From the IMG/VR virus record IMGVR_UViG_3300031867_000005, positions 32,001 through 96,000 of that record: DNA of 64,000 nt; one strand, 5' to 3'. How positions within the stretch are numbered: the stretch's first letter is position 1; every line of letters starts with the position of its first letter. The position numbers and the translations under genes are program-made. Under the pieces are notes generated by a model. It was not told where the DNA came from. It saw nothing but the letters and a program-made list of their open reading frames with translations, and searched no databases. This document shows, piece after piece, positions 57,036-64,000 of this stretch. The DNA is from a virus (Duplodnaviria > Caudoviricetes).

Positions 57036-57897
57036 AGATTGAATTTATTAAATTCTATAAGTATTCTTCATTAATTTTCTTGTAATCAGTATAAGGAATT
57101 TCAAAGAGAATATATTTTTTTTCTTTACAGTATTTTCTTTTTATTTCATCATTTTTTAATTGTCTTTCAAATCTTTCTTTACCGCCTGGAAAACCTGTTG
57201 ACTCATAATGCTATTGACCCTAATATTCAATAAAAATTTGAAAATCAGGAAGATAAAAATCAAAAAATAAAGGGAAATTACGGTAACTGTGTAAATCATT
57301 TGGAGAATATTGCTCTTGATAATTTATCGCCATTTCTTTTAAACAATGGCATATCAACTGTTCTCCTTTTGATTTTTTGATGCATCCGCAAGAAAAAGTC
57401 TTGTTTTTTATTAAATTACTATAACTAATAATCTATCTCTTTCCACAGCTACACTCACAAAGCCAATAAGAGTTCCTCTAATCTTTTTTCTTATCACTTT
57501 TCTGTATAACTCTCCAATGACCATATATATTACCTGATAAATCTCCTGTCCTATAAAAATGATTTAAAGATATGTTATATTTCTTCGCAATATTATCAAT
57601 TATATAATTACAATTAGTTGAATTTTTCTAATATCCAAAATTCTCTAAAGCTTCTTTATAACTAGTGGAATTCTATAAAATAGAGATAATTTCATCATCT
57701 GAAAAATTCTACCATTTCTATTTAGAACCTTTTATCAACTTAGATATATCTATATTATATTTATTAGCTATTTCTTCTAATATAGAAGTTTTCACTGTTT
57801 CGGCATATCCTAATTTTAGGATTACTTCTTTATAAGTTTTACTTGTATTTATTATTGAAATAATTTCTTCTCTAGAAAAGCGTTCATATTTTTTCAT
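57034..57897 (-). CDS. Free-standing putative homing endonuclease (zinc ribbon plus Vsr/DUF559-like domain, 287 aa)
   Basis: Two N-terminal helical repeats, WLCECSCG, SCGCIKKSKGE, FDFYLP, IEYQGQQHY; absent from the ORF track because of TAG codons. Confidence 0.8.
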
Positions 57898-57956
57898 TCA
57901 ATCACTCCTTTTTATGTTAATAGTTATTTTACTATTTATAAGTAATTGTAATAATA

Positions 57957-59093
57957 TTATTCTCCAGAAATTTGGGAAAAGTCGCAATCTATATAATTTT
58001 TTTCTGGTCGTTCTTGTATGAATTTTGCATGGCGCAAAGAATAATTCTCATCAATTTTTTCTATTTCCATGCAAGTAATTTCATAAACTTTATTAATGTA
58101 TTTTTCTGGATGACGGACTATTCCCTCTCGCATTTCATCGGGGATTCCTGAAATATATCCAATATGAAAAGGCTTTCCATTTTTCATAACTGAAATTGAT
58201 ACTGCTGCAGCACGCTCATAAAAATAGTTTTTAGTTACTGGTTCCCATGGCATACCCATACTGTATTCAAAATACATATTTTTATTTTCTTTTTCACCCG
58301 TTTTAATATTTTCGTAATATTGCCAATTTTTAATTTCCTTACCATTATAAAGTCTAGTTGGAAGTTTGTAGCCGCCATCAAGAAAGGCATCAATTGTTTG
58401 TTCGATTTCCATTTTAACTTTAAGAGTTTTTCTAGCAGTTCTCTTCCCCGGTTCTGGCTTACTGTCATTACGAGTTATGACGATACCCTCGCCACCAGAA
58501 CTTAAAGTTTCTCCGAGTAAATTCCAGAGTTCTTCACCCTTAAGATACTTAGCAAACTCAACATAAGGATTGGTTCTTTCTTCTTTAAATCGCTTTTCTA
58601 ATTCTCCAATAAACTCAAAGCGTTTTTCCGCAGTCGTATTAAGAAAAGATTTTCCATTATAAGACCATACATCAAAGATATAATAACTTAATTTTTCTCC
58701 TTTTTCTTGTCTAATAATAGCCTTATCCATAAGACACCCCAGAATTGTTGTCACTTTTCTAGAACCTCTTTGATTCGGAAAGTAAAGTTCTCCCAAAAGA
58801 CAAGTCCCATTAGGAAGCCAATCAAAGAGAGATTTAAGTTGCGGCACCCATTCGTGTTTATCAAGATACTCTCCATTTACAGACTTACTTCTTCCTTGCA
58901 TTCTGATATTACCATCTTCGTCTTTGATAAGACGACAGTAATGTCCATCTTGTTTAAGACTCCCAGAAAAAATACCAGATAAGATGAAGTTTTTAGTCTC
59001 TGCTTTTGCGTCTCCTTTGTAAGTTTTGGGGAAAGACCAATACTTTTCAGCAGGAAGTTCTGTAAATGAAATTCCATCAATATATCCTCTCAT
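57957..59093 (-). CDS. ATP-dependent DNA ligase
   Basis: LKQDG (motif I), LLGELY, YIFDV, GEGIVI, LKVK, SLRHAKF. Confidence 0.85.
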   Translation of the reverse strand: MRGYIDGISFTELPAEKYWSFPKTYKGDAKAETKNFILSGIFSGSLKQDGHYCRLIKDEDGNIRMQGRSKSVNGEYLDKHEWVPQLKSLFDWLPNGTCLLGELYFPNQRGSRKVTTILGCLMDKAIIRQEKGEKLSYYIFDVWSYNGKSFLNTTAEKRFEFIGELEKRFKEERTNPYVEFAKYLKGEELWNLLGETLSSGGEGIVITRNDSKPEPGKRTARKTLKVKMEIEQTIDAFLDGGYKLPTRLYNGKEIKNWQYYENIKTGEKENKNMYFEYSMGMPWEPVTKNYFYERAAAVSISVMKNGKPFHIGYISGIPDEMREGIVRHPEKYINKVYEITCMEIEKIDENYSLRHAKFIQERPEKNYIDCDFSQISGE

Positions 59094-60007
59094 AATAATT
59101 CCTCCTTAATAATATCTTTATCTGTTATTTGTCCTTTAATTATAATTAAAGGAATATTGTTCTTTTTACAATATTCTTTTTTTAAATTATCTCGCCATTG
59201 CCTGTCTTTAAAATCTTCTTCTCCTCCATAATATTTTATGGGATAGAAATGCTATTCTCCTTGATACTCTATTAAATAGCATAATTTATCATCTTTAAAA
59301 ATGGCAAAATCAAATCTTAGAGGGTGTTTCTTCCCTCTTAAATCAGAAAAAGAATATTCTTTAATATAACTTATATCATTTTGTATTAAAATTTTTTCTA
59401 TTTCTTTTTCATATGAAGACTTTAAACACCCACAACTTTTAACGTTGCCATTTCGTATCAGACTGCCATTTTTAACACAATCTTTTCCACATAATAGACA
59501 CTTACAATTCCAATATGCGTGTTTTTTCTCAGCAGTTACTTTTTCATTTAAAGACAATATTTTTAAATAATTATAAGTTTCACCAGACATATCAATTAAA
59601 TGAGTATCTCTAATTCTCTCTTTATTATAGCATCCGCAAGATTGAGTTTTCTTTGAAATTAATTGTCCTGCTGCTACAATTGTCTTATTTCCACATTTAC
59701 ACTGACAATTCCAAAATAAATCTCCATGAGAATGTTTTCTAGTTTCTTCTTCATTAATTGAAATTGCAGTTAAATAGCCAAAGGTTTGATTAGAAAGATC
59801 TTGTCCTCTTACTTTTCGCATTGTTTCTTTCTATAAACATCCACAAGACTATGTTGCACCACTTTTTAAATGGTCTATTCTTATTTCTTTTTGATTACCA
59901 CATTCACATTCACATAAATAATAAGTTTGATTATTTTTTCTTATTCTATGACTTATAACATGTAATCTACCAAAATAAGAATCATAATAATCCACTCATT
60001 TTCCCAT
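59090..60007 (-). CDS. Free-standing putative homing endonuclease (three CxCxCG/SCGC repeats plus Vsr-like domain); in-frame TGA at codon 4
   Basis: GAGGTG RBS, then ATG GGA AAA TGA GTG; rest of frame open with TAG=Gln; LRFDFAI, IEYQGEQHF. Confidence 0.7.
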
Positions 60008-60066
60008 TTTATCACCTCTATTTATAAGTAAAATACCAAGTTTCTCTTATAAGGTTTTGGGATTTT

Positions 60067-60095
60067 ATTATAACATAAATTAAAAGAAAAGTCAA
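60067..60095 (-). promoter_or_regulatory. SigA-type promoter
   Basis: TTGACT-N17-TATAAT with TG extension; -35 overlaps the RNase H stop codon. Confidence 0.75.
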
Positions 60096-60589
60096 GCATC
60101 TGCTTGACTCATTTTTACTTTCATTTCAACTGCCAGCGCATCAACATATTGATTAAATTCATCTGTTGAATGACCTTTTACTTTAATAAAAATAACCTTT
60201 ATAAATTGCTCTTCAAGTTCCTTTATAAGGTCATAAGTATCTCTGATGATAAAGAGGTTCTCAATTGGCTCATGCTTCTTTCCGCTAGTCCAACCATTTT
60301 TCTTCCAGTTCTTTGTCCATTGAGTATAAATATTTATTGAATAAGCGGAATCAGAATAAATTTTAATTATGTCGCCTGGAAGAGATGCTCTCTCTGCATC
60401 AATTAATGCTTCCATAATAACAGTAAGCTCCTGTTCATTATTTGTTGTTTTCTTAGCACCGCCGCTAGAATGTGTTGCAATTTCTCCGTTTTGAATTCGA
60501 GCATACACCCAGCCGCCAGGACCTTTAGAATATACACCATTATTATTTGTCAATGTGTAAGCACCATCAGTATAATACTTAATTACCAT
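60092..60589 (-). CDS. rnhA: Ribonuclease HI
   Basis: YTDGA, GPGGW, TTNNEQEL, YSDSAY, KVKGH, NQYVDALA. Confidence 0.9.
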   Translation of the reverse strand: MVIKYYTDGAYTLTNNNGVYSKGPGGWVYARIQNGEIATHSSGGAKKTTNNEQELTVIMEALIDAERASLPGDIIKIYSDSAYSINIYTQWTKNWKKNGWTSGKKHEPIENLFIIRDTYDLIKELEEQFIKVIFIKVKGHSTDEFNQYVDALAVEMKVKMSQADA

Positions 60590-61094
60590 TACTAATCTCC
60601 TTATTATAAAAATCAATTGCCAATTCCTTTAATTCATTAAGCGTTCCATCATTGTCAATTATAATATCATAGTCAACACTCATTACATTATCATCTGCGG
60701 CGTTACCATATTTTTTAAGGTCTCCTCTCTTTACAAGTATTACTTTGGCCGCAAAGTCATTCTTCAACCTAATTATATCTTCTTTCTCTCTAGCATCTAC
60801 AAAGACAGCATTAACGCCATCATTTTTAAAGCTCATAATGTCCTCATAAGTATAAGAGTAAGAGTAATTACAATATCCATCACATAATTGCTTCAGATTA
60901 TAAAGAAAAACTCTATCTCTATTTTCTTTGCTAATTCCATCCCATCCTACGCTTTTTGCTAATTCTTTAACTCCATTAATCATAGATGTCTTTCTTACTT
61001 TCATCCTATCCATTTTCCAAGCAATTTCAGAAACAAAATCTTCAAATTTACTCTTTCCTACAGCTCCCTGTCCATTAACAATAAAAACTTTCAT
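60579..61094 (-). CDS. P-loop nucleotide (dNMP) kinase-like protein
   Basis: NGQGAVGKS, VFVDARE, YDIIIDNDGTL. Confidence 0.7.
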   Translation of the reverse strand: MKVFIVNGQGAVGKSKFEDFVSEIAWKMDRMKVRKTSMINGVKELAKSVGWDGISKENRDRVFLYNLKQLCDGYCNYSYSYTYEDIMSFKNDGVNAVFVDAREKEDIIRLKNDFAAKVILVKRGDLKKYGNAADDNVMSVDYDIIIDNDGTLNELKELAIDFYNKEISNGN

Positions 61095-61994
61095 TCAAAT
61101 CTCTCCTAAAATCTCATATTTTCTTTTATCATACTCCCAATTCCCAAAAAAGTCAATATGAAAACCATATTGTTGTCTTAAATTAGAAGGTATTATATAA
61201 TTATTTATATTATCTTCTTGTGGTAAGTTAGCCCAATTCTGTAGACTAAAAAGAAAATTAATATCATCTAAAAGCTAAGGCTTTTCCTTTTCATAATAAT
61301 AGAAAACTAATCCTTTATAGTCTTCAATCTATCTAAGTAACTCTTGGTCTTCTTCAATTTTTCCAGTCAATTTAATTAATGCTAAATTATTAATATGTAA
61401 TAAAAAATAATTATCGCCCCATTCATTATTTTTTCCATTTAAAAACTTCACAAAGGAGACAATTTTTTCATCATTAAACTAAATTTTGTCTTTTTTTAAA
61501 TATCCAATATGATAAAAAATCTATGAAGTTTGAATCTACTCAGGGGTAAAATCTATAAGAGGTTTCCAAGTAGGACATAGGAAATTCTTAAATTTTTTCT
61601 TATCATCTATTACATTATATAGAGGATTAACTGGCTATACAATTATACACTATTTTTTTCTTTGAAGAGAATTAGTCTTTAAAATACTAATTCTTTTATC
61701 TTTACCTAAATATTTTTTAGTATTAAGAGTTTTTCCTAATATATAAATTTGAAAATTGAACTAACAAATTGCCTAAATATTTTTTAATATTTTATAACAA
61801 ATTAAACTCAACAGGTCATCCTTATAATCAATAATAAAAATACGTTCGGAACAGTTTTGAAATTGAAATTCAAAATTATTCATTTTTCTGTTAATTAACC
61901 AATTTGTTTGTTCTTCAATAGACCAATTTTTATTGGGATAATATTTTAAATTTAAATCGTATAGAACCAATTTTCGTTTTGCTTCAACGAGCAT
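61095..61994 (-). CDS. Hypothetical protein (299 aa, TAG-rich)
   Basis: GAGGTG RBS; frame open through TAG codons to TGA 61095-61097, abutting the next ATG. Confidence 0.6.
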
Positions 61995-62025
61995 TTATAT
62001 CACCTCATCTTCACTCTCTAATAAA

Positions 62026-62190
62026 AGTATATCAAAAAATAAGGAAAAAGTCAATATATTTATCAAAGAAGAGATTGTTTGTTATTGCGTAGCAATAACA
62101 AACAACAGATTACTTTTACGAAGTAAAAGTAATCTGAGAACAAAGTATTGATATTATATATTTGACTTTTTTTAAAAAAAATGTTATTAT
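62026..62190. promoter_or_regulatory. Divergent SigA-type promoters with intervening palindromes
   Basis: - strand TTGACT-N17-TATACT (62026-62054); + strand TTGACT-N17-TATTAT (62162-62190); two long hairpins between them. Confidence 0.7.
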
Positions 62191-62213
62191 ATTAATATAA
62201 GGAGATGATTAAA

Positions 62214-62462
62214 ATGACCTTAACTTATAAATTGTATAGGGATGTTGTAGGTAGGACGGCAGCATGTCTTAATTAGGAGTTAAGAAAAATGAATATTTCT
62301 ATTAGAATTATAAATAAAAATAGAATGATAAACGGAAATAGTCTTGTTGGTATTTTATAGTCACATATGAGATTTGGTGATGTTATAAAAGTAATTTTTG
62401 AGGAAGAGAAGCAATCCGAAAGAATAAGAGAATTATTCAATGAAATAGGGAGGGAAATATAA
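62214..62462 (+). CDS. HPr-like protein lacking the His15 equivalent (82 aa)
   Basis: VVGRTAACL...RMINGNSLVGILQSHMRFGDVIKV matches the HPr pattern; AGGAG RBS; two TAG codons. Confidence 0.6.
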
Positions 62463-62749
62463 TGGCTTATAGATGTGTTACTGTTTCAGCAGAACCGAAC
62501 GAAGAAATTTTAAAAAAAATTTATAAGATTTTAAACCAAGAAGATGGTTATTTTAATACAAGATTTCAATTGCGTTTTATTGGTTTTGAAGCTGAAAGAG
62601 GAACTGAATTTAAGATTAACAAAGTTAAAAATAAAGTTCCATCTACTGGATATTTTATTACGCCTTATGATGGAGCGGGGTATATGGTAATAAATTCATT
62701 AACTTTTGATGATGGATGTAGTAATTAGTCTTTTTATATTATATATTAA
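62462..62749 (+). CDS. Hypothetical protein (95 aa)
   Basis: TAATG coupling; extended through TAG 62726. Confidence 0.65.
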
Positions 62750-62760
62750 GGAGTGATAAA

Positions 62761-64000
62761 ATGGGACAATTTAATCCTTTTATAAAAAGTAATTATAATG
62801 ATTTAAAAGTTGTCATAGATTCAGCTTTGTCTTCAACTTCAGAGAATCCGGTATAGAATAAGACTTTGAATGCAATTATTAATGGAAATGGAAATGATAG
62901 TATTCATTATAAGATTATATCAGAAATTGCTAATGTTGTTGCAAATGCTCCAGAAGATTTAAATACGCTGAAAGAAATTGCAGACTGGATTGATACTCAT
63001 GAAGATGATGCAGCCGCTATGAATACAGCGATTCAAGAAAATAAAAGAGCTTTATAGAATTTAGTTGGTAAAAACGTTACTGGAACCGAGTATACGATAA
63101 ATGGTTCAACTGTTTCTGCAGGAACAGGAGCTGAAATATTTAATGATTATTCTGATAATATGTCAGCAGGAGACTATTCTCATGCTGAAGGAAATGGAAC
63201 CGAAGCAATAGGTAATTATTCTCACGCTGAAGGACAAAATTCTTGTGCTGAAGGAGAAGGTTCTCATGCTGAAGGATTAGATACCCACGCAAATGGTATA
63301 GCCTCGCATACAGAAGGATATCAATCATATTCAACGGGAGACTATTCTCATGTTGAAGGATACGGTACATATACAGATACAGATTATTCTCACGTTCAGG
63401 GGAAATATAATGCATATAATACAGAAAGAAAATATGCTTTCATCATTGGGAACGGAACTAGTAATAACAACCGTTCTAATGCATTTGCCGTTGATTGGGA
63501 TGGATTGATTTATGTAAATAATTCATCTACGGGGATAAACCTAAAATCTTTATTCGATGAAATGACTAATAAAGTAGATAAAATAACTGGGAAATAGTTA
63601 TCTACAGAAGACTACACAACAGCAGAAAAAACAAAACTTGCTGGTATTGAACAATTAGCAACAGCAGTTGGTAAAAATGTCACAGGGACTAAATATACAA
63701 TAAATGGTTCAACTGTCACCGCTGGTGATGGTGCTGAAATATTTAATAATTATACCGCCAATAAAGCATCAGGCTTGGATTCTCATGCCGAGGGACTTAG
63801 TACAACTGCATCAGGAGAGTGTTCTCATGCCGAAGGAGCTGGTACAACCGCATCAGGACGTTATTCTCATGCCGAGGGACAAAATACAACCGCATCAGGT
63901 GATTATTCTCATGCCGAAGGAGCTGGTACAACCGCATCAGGCTTGGATTCTCATGCCGAGGGACTTAGGACAACCGCATCAGGCTTGGATTCTCATGCCG
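62761..64000 (+). CDS. Tail fibre / adhesin with YadA-head-like SHAEG repeats, 3'-partial
   Basis: DSALSSTSENPVQNK (Q encoded by TAG), APEDLNTLKEIADWI, KVDKITGKQLSTEDYTTAEKTKLAGI, 14-aa ASGxxSHAEG repeats. Confidence 0.8.
63767..64000 (+). repeat. 42-bp coding tandem repeat
   Basis: Units of GCATCAGG-N6-TTCTCATGCCGA(A/G)GGA-N6-ACAAC(C/T); some near-identical. Confidence 0.85.

Noticed and set aside
63767-64000. CRISPR array or DGR-type repeat
   Set aside because: It is an in-frame 14-codon protein repeat. No reverse transcriptase or adenine-specific variation is visible.
1-64000. Suppressor tRNA (CUA anticodon) or other tRNA genes
   Set aside because: No cloverleaf with a T-loop consensus was recognised by eye. 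tRNAscan-SE or ARAGORN would be needed to confirm absence.

Overview
This window is part of a large, AT-rich tailed-phage genome, most likely from a Firmicutes (Clostridia-like) host, judged from SigA-type promoters, GGAGG/GAGGTG Shine-Dalgarno sites and an HPr-like gene. The phage uses an alternative genetic code in which TAG encodes Gln (code 15). This explains the fragmented ORF track: TAG falls at conserved Gln positions, and every gene I reconstructed ends in TAA or TGA. The + strand region 1-23 kb is a tail module. It holds the 3' part of a tape measure gene split by seven group I introns (exons as short as 8, 21 and 32 nt; three introns carry endonuclease ORFs), a distal-tail-like gene, a ~1940-aa tail protein, and a six-gene cassette of unknown function. 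The - strand region 23-62 kb is a replication and nucleotide-metabolism module: RuvC-like resolvase, dUTPase, ClpP-like protease, DnaE with an intein, PAPS-reductase-like protein, RecJ, primase, DnaB (intron), PIN-PhoH (intron with LAGLIDADG), Sak4-like ATPase, GyrA, GyrB (intron), a circularly permuted C5 methyltransferase, NrdG, NrdD (intron with HNH), DNA ligase flanked by free-standing endonucleases, and RNase H. Between nrdD and nrdG lies a ~600-nt highly structured non-coding RNA with its own promoter and terminator. At ~55.9 kb there is an iteron-like array next to a Rep-like gene. The window ends in an HPr-like gene and a tail-fibre gene with SHAEG repeats. All calls come from reading motifs by eye; no database searches were run.
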